NCBI RefSeq assembly: GCF_006345805.1 | Contig: NC_043017.1 | Span: forward strand, 13,764,001-13,828,000 | Length of the DNA: 64,000 nucleotides | Direction: 5' to 3' | DNA from: Octopus sinensis | Lineage: Eukaryota | In this document: positions 51,303-63,917 of the stretch, piece after piece | Layout: every line of letters begins with the position of its first letter | Numbering within the stretch: position 1 is the stretch's first letter | Position numbers and translations under genes: made by a program | Notes under the pieces: model-generated | Told to the model about the DNA's origin: nothing | The model's database searches: none | The model's input: only the letters and a program-made list of their open reading frames with translations

Positions 51303-52595
51303 TTACATGGCTAAAACAGCAGGCATTGTGTTAAAAACATAACTCTGCTATTCAGTAAATACACTGATGAAGTCCCTTGAGAGCAGTGCTGTAGCATGGC
51401 CAAAGTCAAGTGAACAAAAGCAGTAAAATAATTTTTTAAAAAAACTGCTTTTTTTTTTCCTTAAGTATGAAGATTATCTGTGTGGTTTTTTTAATATTAT
51501 AAACTGATTAATACACTGATTAACTGTGGATCTGGATTTTAAAGTGAAGATGAAAGCAGTGCATCAGGATGGAGATTAATTCAAGAGCTTCATAGTAAGA
51601 TGTTGGTTCTGGATTTGATCTTACTGTGCAGCATCTGATATATAGCTTTGTGTCAATCCAAGTTTTGATGGAGTAAAATTGGGGTTGATGAATGAAAACT
51701 ATCAGTTGACTTAACTTCTGGTCTGAAATATTGAGTTATCCTTTAAATTATTGACATGTTGGAGCAATGGCCCTTGTTTCTCCCACAAGTGATTCAGGGT
51801 CTGGTTCTCTTATCACTAGTCTTGGAGGGCTTACAAAGGACATGGGAATGGGTGGGGTAGTGGACACAAAATAATTTAGGGGGTCCAGAAATGATCATTT
51901 TACATTGGGATTTCTTTTCCCCATCCTGGCATCGGTTGGAAGGATCTGATTCAGTTTCTTACTACTTGCCTCAGTCATTTCTCATTTGATATAGCAGCAA
52001 TCGTAACTGTTGTGGATGTCTTTTTATTTATATCTGTTGAATAATAAAAACAATTTTACCGTAACCCTTTAGAATTTAAACATGCTATATCCAGCCCAAG
52101 TGTTCTACCAGTTTTATCTTCAGATCAGCCAGACCTGGCCTCTCACACCTACCCAACACTAACCATTATCACTCCTTATCACTAAGCATTTTATGGCATA
52201 GTCTGGGTACATTTTAATCTCAGGACCCATGGCCCCTAAATAGGCCTGTTGATAATTCTAAAGGGTTAATGTAAAATTGTTTTTGTTATAACTGAATATA
52301 ACACATATTTTTCTGTATATATATATATATATATATAAATGAAAGGGGTAGTGAAGCATGGTGTTATCATATATGAAACAAACTAAAGCACTAGATACTT
52401 TTATGGTTGTTTTACTTTTTTCATTCTTTTATATCGGTTGATATGTCACCCATCTCAGCCTTTGTTTAGCTTTATCAACCTATTTATCAACTTTACAACC
52501 TTGTTTGTTTATTAGTTTCGTTATCTAATCATTAATGAAGAAACAAGTTAATGAGGTCATCTATTTTTGTTATTTTCTTTCCCTTTCACGCTCAG

Positions 52596-52842
52596 CTTCT
52601 TTATAAGAGAATTCAAAAGAAAGTTTCCTCTTTGTGTCAACTTGTGACCCAATATATCTTATGGCCACAAGTCCCTACAGTATTAAACTTAACTCGAAGA
52701 GGTTATATCCCATCACCTCATTTGTCAGGCTGTCAGATTAGCTGTCATCACATAAACAATAACCTGTTAATTACAGTACCTCCATTATCATATTTTCTTC
52801 TTAAATTGGTTGAGGACTTCTTGGATTCATGTTCTGTCAAAG
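52596..52842 (+). CDS. Putative exon E5, LLYKRIQKKVSSLCQLVTQYILWPQ...FLLKLVEDFLDSCSVK
   Basis: Acceptor ttttctttccctttcacgctcag|. The frame stays open for 247 nt in AT-rich DNA and closes just after donor AAG|gttaac (phase 0 to 1). An alternative phase-1 donor lies at 52701. Confidence 0.6.
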
Positions 52843-53665
52843 GTTAACAGCTTTATTTTACATTCTATTTCACTCTAGTTTATGGTCCTTCAGGCTTACT
52901 ATGTAGGATCTATTGTATCTATGACTACATTATCCAGTGAGTCCTTCCTTTTTTTTTTTTAAATGGGAGGTTGTGATTTGGAAATTTGGCTGTTATTTCT
53001 AGTATGTTGAGCAACCACATAGTGGCTCCTTTGTCAGTTCCATATTCCTGGGGCTGCTCTGATTGAGCAAACCTATGGCAGGCAGTTACTAAAGGATAAT
53101 CTGATGTAATGTTGGTGCTGAATCTTCCTCATTCAACAGGTGTTCCATAGGGTGTGTGATTCTTGAGATATTTGACTGTTGTTTCTAACACAATGACTCC
53201 TTCATTAGCTGAGTAGGTTTTGGAAGTGATAACCCAGTCTTCAGTATCATTGCTTTATCCATGAGAACTATTCTATACTTGTTCAGTGGCTGGTTAATGG
53301 TGATTCCTGGAATCTTTTTTCCTGACATGGAATTCGTTTTTCTCCTATTAACAAGTTTCTCTTTAGCATTTGTAACCATTGTAACCAGAGTCTTGTGCCT
53401 CTCTTAGAAATGATTATTTGCAAAAATAGTGTCTTTTTTTTTTTTTTTACCTTTGTTGGGATTAGTTCTTTTGTATTTGTTTGTTATTGAACTGTGACCA
53501 TACTGGAGCACCATCTCGAAGGGTTTATAGTTGATCAAATTAACCCCAGTACATATTTTTGAGTCATATTTATTGTTTTGGGCATTTTTTTTGCCAAACT
53601 AATAAGTTATAGGCATATAAACAAACCAACTGTAGCTAGCAGTAGTGGTGAAAAGCACATACAGC

Positions 53666-54115
53666 ATATTTATCCTAGAAGGACTTGTCCCAAACTTTGG
53701 CATCGAGAGTTACACAAATATTAGAACTGGGTGCCACTGCATAGTACCAAGGACTCCAAATTTGCCATCAAGATGTAGGACAAGATACTGTGATAGCCTG
53801 GGCTTCAGAGGCCCACAGCTCTTCAATATCCTCCCGAAGAACCTGAAAGACCTGCATGGGGTAGATGCAGATGTCTTTAAAATAAAACTGGATCTCTTCC
53901 TGTCAGGTGTCCCAGATGAACCAACTTCATGGCAGGAGGTGCAGATGAGGGCAGCTGCATCGAACTCTCTCATGCACCAAATGGCAATTGCTAAAACGCA
54001 TTCGTGAAGTAAAATCATGTAGCAACACCAAATGGCGGTGCCCCAGCATGGCCACAGCTCGTGAGCTGAAACTAGATAAAATAAAATGAAAATAAATAGA
54101 ATGAAATAAATACAC
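53666..54115 (+). mobile_element. CR1/L2-group LINE 3' end (ORF2 C-terminus, short 3' UTR with hairpin, (TAAAA)n tail)
   Basis: ILEGLVPNF...GPQLFNILPKNL...VFKIKLDLFLSGVPDEP...RAAASNSL, stop at 54007, then an A-rich tail. Exact clade not established. Confidence 0.8.
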
Positions 54116-54136
54116 ATAAATGTGTGTTTGTATATA

Positions 54137-54198
<62 letters not shown>

Positions 54199-54487
54199 GA
54201 TGAGTTTCTTCCATGTTTCCATCTATCGAATTCACTCTCAAAGCAATGGGCAACCCAGGGCTATTGTAGAAAACACTTGCCCAAAGTGCCCTACTCTGAG
54301 ACTGAACCTGAAAGCACATGGATACAAAGCAAACTTTCTAACTACACATTCACTTTTAGAATCTTTTTTTTTCTGCATCTTCTTGATAGTTTTTTCTTTT
54401 TCATTTTAGCACCCCCTCCCCTTACCTCAGTGAGTGAGAATAAATTTTTTATTGTTTGTAAATTGTCCTTTGCTATAAAGCTATTAT

Positions 54488-54527
<40 letters not shown>

Positions 54528-55298
54528 CATCATGCTAGAGATCATTATTACATGTTAAAAATCCTTCTCCATTATCATCCTCCTCCTTTTGTGTTGTGTC
54601 TCATGATGTGTTTCCCTTTTTTTTGTCTCCTCCATAAAGTTCAGTCTCTCTTGTGGTCAACTTTCACCACATCTTTCATTAATCTGCTTAAGTCCTACTT
54701 TGTCTTTCAATCCTCTTGGGGTACCAGTCAAACTTGATCCAGCATAATCAACTAACTTCACCCTCCCCCCCAAAATTACAGGCCTTGTGCCTTTACTAGA
54801 AACAAGTGTTATTGTTGTTATCATCTTCCTTTGCAAAGGTGATGTGCTGATAGAATCGTTAACATGCTGGGCAAAATGCTTAGTGGCATTTCATTCTGTC
54901 TTTACGATCTGAGTTCTAGTTCTGCTAAAGTCGACTTTGCCTTTCATCCTTTCAGGGTTGATAAAACAAGTACAAGTTCAACAAAACCCTCCCCGCAAAA
55001 TTTCAGGCCTTGTGCCTATAGTAGAGAGAATTATCATCGTTGTAACTGTTATTAATTGAGTATGAAAAATATATCTTATAAAACTAATTGATTATGAAGT
55101 CTGTGAAAGTCAATTAAAAAGTCTTTAATTGGCATGTAGTTATATTGTACCTGATGTACTGAAATCATTTATTGGCTGTTAAGGTCACATGTACAGTGTA
55201 CCTAGATGTTTGGATAGTGTGACTTCAATGTAATGTCAAGTTTTTGTTTCAAAGTTTGTGTGTGTATGTGTGCTTACATATATATATATGTATGTGTG

Positions 55299-55339
<41 letters not shown>

Positions 55340-55353
55340 GTGCTTATATATAT

Positions 55354-55400
<47 letters not shown>

Positions 55401-55403
55401 GTG

Positions 55404-55458
<55 letters not shown>

Positions 55459-55761
55459 ATATCTGCTTATATATATATTTATATTCATGCACATATATAT
55501 ATGCACCCCAAACATATTTTTATACCCCCACATACACCTATTCACTTTCATACACACCCATGCATAACATGAACAGTAGGTGTAAAAGGAAAATATCAAT
55601 GTTATATACATAGATGTCACTGTCATTTTACATCTGTTTTTCCAAGCAAGCACGAGTTGGATAGGTTCTAAAATGTTTCACCACTCTTGACTGTTCTTTA
55701 TCGCCTAGCACACAGGAGGAAAATGGGATAGTACTGTTATGCCATATATGTCTGTGTGTAA

Positions 55762-55824
<63 letters not shown>

Positions 55825-55958
55825 TGTGTGTGTGTGTGTCCGTCCATATGCACATGCAGTAGCGTTGACAACACAAACATTGAAACTAAAATATGTGACT
55901 TATTTGTACATTTAAATATTTAATGTATTTTCCCCATCCCTCTCTTCTTTAAATGCAG

Positions 55959-56053
55959 TTTATCTATTGCCACAAGCAACATCAATGAATGGCTGTCTAA
56001 CTGAAGAATTAGAAGGAATACAATCTTTTAAAGATGTTATTCCTTTTCTTGAG
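55959..56053 (+). CDS. Putative exon E6, (V)YLLPQATSMNGCLTEELEGIQSFKDVIPFLE
   Basis: Acceptor ccctctcttctttaaatgcag|, donor GAG|gttggt. Only the phase-1 frame is open throughout (1 to 0). Confidence 0.6.
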
Positions 56054-56104
56054 GTTGGTTTGGTCTCTTATCTCAATTCTTTCTTTGTCAGCAATATATA
56101 TATG

Positions 56105-56147
<43 letters not shown>

Positions 56148-56227
56148 CCATGGTAATAGAATCTTGCATTGGGCTGCTGCTGCTGCTCACTTTTGGCTGG
56201 CTAGAGATAAAACCAAATTTTCTGTAG

Positions 56228-56245
56228 GACTCTTCACCATTCTAA
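56228..56245 (+). CDS. Possible terminal coding exon E7, DSSPF-stop
   Basis: Acceptor ttttctgtag| is phase-0 compatible with E6. An alternative phase-0 exon at about 59571-59726 (APKDQVG...ETRK) cannot be excluded. Confidence 0.3.
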   Translation, partial: DSSPF

Positions 56246-59152
56246 AGCTGGGTGTTGGCACCAAGGAAAATTGGAGAAGAAAGGTTATCATTTTACAAAC
56301 TTCTCCAGCATCACCATTATCTTTGCCTTCACCATGGTTGCTCAACTTCTGGAAATTGCAGCAAAATTTCCCTCATATTTCAATCTGAAAACACATTAAA
56401 TAATGTAATTATGCCTAGAAATCAGTGTCTAAGAAAGGCACATGTTGGTGATGGCTTGGTGTGGTAGATCAAGGCGGACTTTGGGCTAAATATGCAACTG
56501 AATCATCATCATCATCATAGTGATGATGATGATGATTTAATGTAGTTTATTCCAAAACAGGTTGAAATAGTAAAAGAAATTCAACAGAACTTGGAATTGT
56601 GGGGAGAGAAACATGTAGTGTCTAATTTTTTATGTGGTTTATACAATAGGGTTTTGAGATTTATCACTGGACAACTGACTCAGGCCTGAGTTTAGTTAGT
56701 TTTACATCCATGGCAATCCCAGTCCAACAGATTTATGACTGAAAGTATTTGAATCTTGACCATTCCACTTTCGTTTTTCTTTTTTTATGACTGTGTGTAA
56801 GACTTTCTTTTCAAGTGTGTACTTTTTTTTCTAAGCGAGTAGGATGTAATTATAATGAGATTTAGTTGCTGTTTCTATCAGGTTGAGAGGCTGTGCCTGT
56901 AGAAACTCCCTTTGTTTATCAAATCTTAGGTCAATCTTGAGCTAGTCTTCCAGTCATGACTGGTCCTGTCTTTGTTCCACACAGTGTATCTAGGAATACA
57001 CTATTCAGTGCATTTCTTTTTAAAGACATGACTGTATGATTTGAGAGGAAACTAAGCTGTTGTTCCTAGCAGATGAAGCAACCACATAGAGTGCCTTAGC
57101 TCAACAGGAATTAATTATGCATCACTTTTAGTTTATATATTTGACTGACAGAGGTGTGCAGTTAGCTACAGCTAGGTTAGTTAAGACATAATTGGTAACA
57201 CTTCAAGTGCAAGATGATCGAGATATTAATCCATATGGCATAGAAATCCTTACATTATTGTGGCAAGCTGGCAGAATCATTACCAAGCTGGACAAAATGC
57301 TTCACATTTCATCCATCTGTATATTCTAAGTTCAAATTCCACTGAGGTTGACTTTGTCTTTCATCATGATGGAGTTGATAAAATTAGTACCAGTTGAGCA
57401 CTGGGGTTGATTTAATCAACTTATGCCTTCCTCTAAATGGCTGGCATTGTACCAAAGTTTGAAATTATTATTATCATCATCATCATCATTATCAATATTA
57501 TTATTATTATAGCTAATTTTTACAGAGTAAATTAATATATATAACCAACTAAGCAAAAGAATTGATTTCCTTCTCTATATTTTGATCTGTGAGTTTTGGG
57601 GCTTTTGTGTAGATTTTAATTTGAAGCTTTTATTGTTTGTTCATTGATGTGTTAACATTGAAGGACTCCCAGAATAATACAAGATTTGATTTTAAAGAAC
57701 TAGTGATGGAAGGAATCAACTGACCTGTAAATGTTTCTTTGAAAACCTTATTTTTAATTTTTTTCTTTCTTCATTTAAACCTGCTGTTCACATTTGACTT
57801 CCCTATTCTTCACTCAACAACGATACATTTACACTTCAAGAGCAATTGTGTGATTTAATTGGATTAGTTAATTATTAAATGAATTTCTGTTCACTGATTA
57901 CAAGCCCTTTTTATTGTCCTATTGGTTCCTTTCTTATCCCCCAACCCATACATATTTCTGAAGTGAATGTGATATTTGGTGTTGATAAGTCATGAGAGAT
58001 GAGGTGACACAAGTTGATTTACTAAAATGACAATCTTATCCTATATCAGTTATTGGATGGTTTGACAGTATCCGGCATGTTACAAGGCTGCATCAAGCTC
58101 CAATGTCAGCCTTGGCATAGTTTCTGTGGCTGGATTTCCTTCCTGATGCCAACCACTTTACAATGTATACTGGGTGTTTTTGTGTACCACTAGCACTAGT
58201 GAGGTTGCCCGTATAAACCTCAGAAAAGGAACAGGGTGGGGTGTGTGGCAAGTGCCCATGACTAAGAGGGGGGAGTATTTGAGAGGGAACGTGGAGGTAG
58301 TTGGCTTTATGCCAGGTGTTGAAAGACTAAAGTATGATGGAGGCAAAAGGAAAGTAGTGATGGGGTGTGTGAGCAAACTGTCAAGGTACGAGAGGGTGAG
58401 CATAAGAGAGGATACAGAGGTTCATAGGAGAGGATTATGGCTATGCTGGAGCTTTTTTTTTTTTTGTAAGATAATAGGCGTAGGAGTGGCTGTGTGGTAA
58501 GTAGCTTGCTTATCAACCACATGGTTCCGGGTTCAGTCCCACTGCGTGGCACCTTGGGCATGTGTCCTCTACTATAGCCTTGGGCCGACCAAAGCCTTGT
58601 GAGTGGATTTGGTAGACGGAAACTGAAAGAAGCCCGTCGTATATATGCATATATATATGTGCGTGTGTGTTTGTGTGTCTGTGTTTGTCCCCCTAGTATT
58701 GCTTGACAACTGATTCTGGTGTGTTTATGTCCCCGTCACTTAGCGGTTCGGCAAAAGAGACCGATAGAATAAGTACTGGGCTTACAAAGAATAAGTCCCA
58801 GGGTCGAGTTGCTCGATTAAAGGTGGTGCTCCAGCATGGCCGCAGTCAAATGACTGAAACAAGTAAAAGAGTAAAGAGTTAAGAGAGAAAGCTCAGTTGA
58901 ATGTAAATGTCACAAGATATTTCTGTCCCGTTTGTACCTGTAATTCTACTGTGCAGCCTTATCCCATTTGTCACACTGTTCTTACCTGAGAATTACATTC
59001 AAATTATATAGATATATGGAATGTTTAACTACTTTGTGTGCTAATTCAGTGAATGGGCAGTTTAGTTGTTTGACATCACTGTATGAATTCATCAGCATCT
59101 CTTTTTGTATATTTTTGTATATATTTAATGGAAGCTGGTTGGATATCGGAAT

Positions 59153-59541
59153 GGATGGAAGCACTCTGTCGGTTACGACAATGAGGGTTCCGGTTGATCC
59201 GAATCAACGGAACAGCCTGCTCGTGAAATTAACGTGTAAGTGGCTGAGCACTCCACAGACACGTGCACCCATAACGTAGTTCTCGGGGATATTCAGCGTG
59301 ACACAGAGAGTGACAAGGCCGGCCCCTTGAAATACAGGTACAACAGAAACAGGAAGTAAGAGTGAGAGAAAGTTGTGGTGAAAGAGTACAGCAGGGATCA
59401 CCACCACCCCCTGCCGGAGCCTCGGGGAACTTTTAGGTGTTTTCGCTCAATAAACACTCACAACGCCCGGTCTGGGAATCGAAACCGCGATCCTATGACC
59501 GCGTGTCCGCTGCCCTAACCACTGGGCCATTGCGCCTCCAC
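59153..59541 (-). mobile_element. SINE-A full-length copy
   Basis: 12-bp TSD ggatatcggaat. Confidence 0.9.
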
Positions 59542-60864
59542 GGATATCGGAATACTTGCATATTCAACTGCAGGCACCCAAAGACCAGGTTGGGGTGTTG
59601 GTGTTAAAGTTAGCTACTACCCATTTCTTGCATAGCTGCAGTATTACAAAATTTTGTGGGAATTTTACATTCAATTCCATGCACAAAAGTACTTGGTTGC
59701 TACTTATTTTGTCAACTGAAACTAGAAAGGTGAAAAGCAAACAGGGATGGATTTTCATAAGATTTTGAACTTGGAACCAACACCATTTCAGCAATATTGT
59801 TGTTTAACCCTTTAGCATTTAAACCGACCATATGCGGCCAAAAGTATTCTGCCTGTTTTATGTTCAAACTGGCCAGATCTGGTCTCTTACACCAACCCTA
59901 CAATATCGTTTTAAAAATTAACAGCTACCTCATCAAAATCTCATAGCTACAAGATAATGCATGATTAGTTCAAAACAATGTGGATAAAAAAAGCATTAAT
60001 TATGGTAGAATAATGTGAACACTAAAAGGTTAACCCACTATATTTTGGTTTAAGCCTTTAGTATTCAGATCTGTCAAATTTAATGTTTATTAATTCACAT
60101 TGCTTTGAATTAGTCACGTATTATCTTATAGCTTTGGGATTTCAATCAAGTGATTATTTATTTTTAGAGTAGTATTGTAGGGTAAGTGTGAGAGGCTAGT
60201 CTGAAGATAAAACAGGTAGACTATTTTGGCCAGATAAGACTTGGTTTAAATGTTAAAGGGTTAATTTTCCTTTTTATGAGTTGTTGTTGATGGTGGGGAA
60301 ATGAGGTTTCAGACATGGAGTATATACTGTAAATGTTGGTGAACAAAATAAGGAAAATAATTTAGAGCAGTCATGGGCAAACTATGGTTTGTGGGATCTT
60401 CTGAATGGCACACCTAATGAAAAATTACCTTGAATTTATTAGGAGTGTAGCCTGACTGATTAATGTGTCATGTTTCAGGTTTCCCATACCTGAAACTTGG
60501 AACTAAACTGTTTATGGCTGCTAGGAAATGGTTGTTGGGAAGTGGTTAATGGAGGAATTGCTGGACATTGGTCTAACTGCCTTGTGTTGTTTAGTTACAT
60601 CCATGTATATTCTGAGCTTAAATCCCTACATGCTTGGTGTTTCATCTTTCCAAAGTTGATAAAATAGAACACCAGCCAATTCAGTTTGGCTTTTTTTGTC
60701 ATTCTGGGTTCAATAAATACCATTCAGATACTGAGTTTGAGAAATAAAATTGACAATACATCTCTCTTCAAAACGATGACTGTGGTGGGATTCATTCTTA
60801 ATTATTATGATCCCAGCTTCATCTTTCTTGTCACTATGAAATAAGTACTAGGACTTGAAATACA

Positions 60865-61437
60865 ATACCAGGCAATGGCTCTCATGGCTTCTGATCTTAA
60901 CTGATTGGAAGTGTTATCATGTACATGTTATGTCTTGCTGTAAAAGATGGGTTGCAGCAAATATTCTGCTCAATACCACAGATTTGCTTGTCAGATGCTT
61001 GACCGTAGCCAGTTGAGCATGTCCCTTAGTGGCTGACGATATGTGTATTTCTGATCATGAGTAGGAGTAGTGTGGAAGTATCATAGTCATATTTTGAGAG
61101 GAGTTCTTTGGGGTTTGAATAATTCACCTCAGGAATCATGGGTGTTTCATTCATCATCCTTACGCAAACCTTATTCGGGGACCTTCTGAGCAGGATCAGC
61201 TACTCAACCTGAAGAAAATTCAAACTGGACCCTGCCGGCAGAGTCATGTGCTGTTTATCTTGACATGAGATCATCACATTGCACACATATAATTGTGATG
61301 CTTGTATATGTACCTTTATCAAACAGGTAGTCATGATGGGTATATTGGGCTTCACCTATACATTTGTATTCCAGTGTCACTTTGATGGTATATGCTGCTC
61401 TCTCACTCAGTAATAATAATAATAATAATGATAATTT
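60865..61437. mobile_element. About 570-bp interspersed repeat abutting (TAA)n, probably a non-LTR retroelement end
   Basis: Compositionally distinct block ending ctctctcactcag(taa)n, recalled as a high-copy octopus repeat (unverified). Confidence 0.45.
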
Positions 61438-63525
61438 TTAATTGCGGCACATTAGATACACAGGCATAGAGACAGCACTAAGAACAGTAAAATAACCATT
61501 TGGTTAGTAACAAGTATTCAATGTTTAAGTTTGGTATCTGCTGCCAACTGGAAAGAAATTTCTTTTGACTCGAATAAGTGACTAGTTTTTGTCTGTCAAC
61601 TGTCCAAGAAGAGAAGAGCACCAATTTTAACATCAAACAACTAATTCTAGTACACCCCCCACACCCCCATCAGTTTTTGCTGTAGAAACATTCCTCCCCC
61701 CTCTGGTCACCTCTGACCAATCTGTTACCTTTGTTGTTTATCTCCTTCTGGTCTGTCTTGTCTTCTCTTGTGACATTGGCTATCTAGGTCTACATTATCC
61801 AATGTTCTAGGAAAGGTCTGACCCTGGCAAACATTCTAGTCAAGACCATCCTGTCTTATTAGAATATAATAATGTATTAAAACGGAGGATTAAATATTAG
61901 AGAGGTTTGGCTGGTGTATCTAATAAAGGCACTTCAAAGAAGCTTCCCTAGATCGGCCATCCCGTGGTTGTTGGAGACATAAGAGTGGGTAGGGTTTCAA
62001 GTTACTAGGGTAGGGATAGGGTATGGGATAAGGAGCCATCATCATTCCAAGCCAATAAATAACCACTGAATGATAGGGGAATGTTAAGGTGACAGATCAC
62101 TAGTAGGGAAATAAACCACAGAATGGTTAGGGAATAGTTAATTTTAATTGATTGATCAAACCCTGTAATGTTTCTCTTGATTCATTTGATTGATATCCCA
62201 GTGATTGATGCTCAACAGTTAGGCAAACAATTATGGCCAGAAGGATACTAATAGTACTGGTATATAATGGTATCTCTTGTACTTTAGTAGAGGATATTTA
62301 TAGCAATACTGCAAGTTTTTACTTTAGTGTTTAAATCAGCCATATCTGGCCTAAATATTCTTCTTGTTTTATGTTTAAACCAGCCAGATCTGGTCTCTCA
62401 TACATATCCTTCAATGCCATTGTATAATTGCATCATCAAAATCTCAAAGCCATGAGGCAATGCATGATTAAATTCAAAACAATATGATTAAATAAGCATT
62501 GCATTTTACTGAGTAATCTGAATGCTAGAGGGTTAAACAGCAGTTGTCTGTTATATGGATGGTTAGATTTCTGTTGGTTTCAGTGATCAAGGATTCAGTT
62601 ATTTGATCTACTGAATTACCTGCTCCTGAATTAATGTGTAAGTAGCCAAACATTCCAAAAAACTTGTACTCTTAATGTAATTCTCGAGCAGTGTCAGCAT
62701 AATTCAGTGTATGAGTATAACAAGGCAGTGCATTTGAATTACATGTAAAGTTCATTTGATGAGCTTCTGTATGCAATTTCACTCACCAAGATCTTGATTG
62801 ACCCAAGGCTCTAGAAAATGACATTTGCTGTAGATGCCACTCAGTGGGATCAAATCCAGGGTTTTGTGGTTGTGAAGTGGACTTTACCATTTGGTCATAT
62901 TGCCATACTCATGATAGAAAAGAGAAGCACTTTACTTAGCTAATGGTCAGTCTTCATTAAAAAGCAGACATCCAATCAGTCAAGTCAAACCATGACTGAC
63001 TAGCCATGCCTTCTAAAATGAGAAATCAAAATAATTGGAGGAAAAAACATTGCAGCATTTAAAAAAAATAATTTATTTTCAATGAGTCATAGGAGGAAGG
63101 GCCATGATACTTTCCAGGAATTATGGGATTGGTGAGATGCAATTATTCTCAAACTGGAAGTTTGACCTAAATATATTTAGTATATCCTGATAAAGGCATC
63201 CAAAAACCCAGTGGTGGTGGTGGTTGTGGCGCTAACTCAGTCTGACACCTCTCATTTATGTTCTCAGTTCAAATTCTATTGAGGTTGACTATGACTTATT
63301 TTTGCAGGGTTATAAGAAGGGATGCTTTGTTGCTCATAAAAGTAAAGAGTTCATGTTGAGAGTAGTGAGTATTCTTTACTCCTGCCATGTACAAAGTATC
63401 ACCTCTCCTGCTGGTGCACCACAAAGAAGTGGTTGGTGAGAGAGTGGAATTGACAAAGGTAAACACGGTTTATTAGTCCCCGTATCATCAAGGAATGACA
63501 ACCTGTATAGTGTTACTGGCATAAG

Positions 63526-63917
63526 GTGGAGGCGCAATGGCCCAGTGGTTAGGGCAGCGGACTCGCAGTCATAGGATCGCGGTTTCGATTCCCAGACCAG
63601 GCGTTGTGAGTGTTTATTGAGCGAAAACACCTAAAAAGCTCCACGAGGCTCCGGCAGGGGATGGTGGTGATCCCTGCTGTACTCTTTCACCACAACTTTC
63701 TCTTACTTCCTATTTCTGTTGTACCTGTATTTCAAAGGGCCGGCCTTGTCACTCTCTGTGTCACTCTCTGTGTCACTCTGAATATCCCCGAGAACTACAT
63801 TAAGGGTACACGTGTCTGTGGAGTGCTCAGCCACTTACTCGTTAATTTCACGAGCAGGCTGTTCCGTTGATTCGGATCAACCGGAACCCTCATCGTCGTA
63901 ACCGATGGAGTGCTTCC
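63526..63917 (+). mobile_element. SINE-A full-length copy
   Basis: 11-bp TSD actg(g/a)cataag; small internal tandem duplication of gtcactctctgt. Confidence 0.9.

Noticed and set aside
53185-53407. Open frames on both strands (hydrophobic on +, basic on -)
   Set aside because: No recognisable family, weak splice context, and it does not fit the exon chain.
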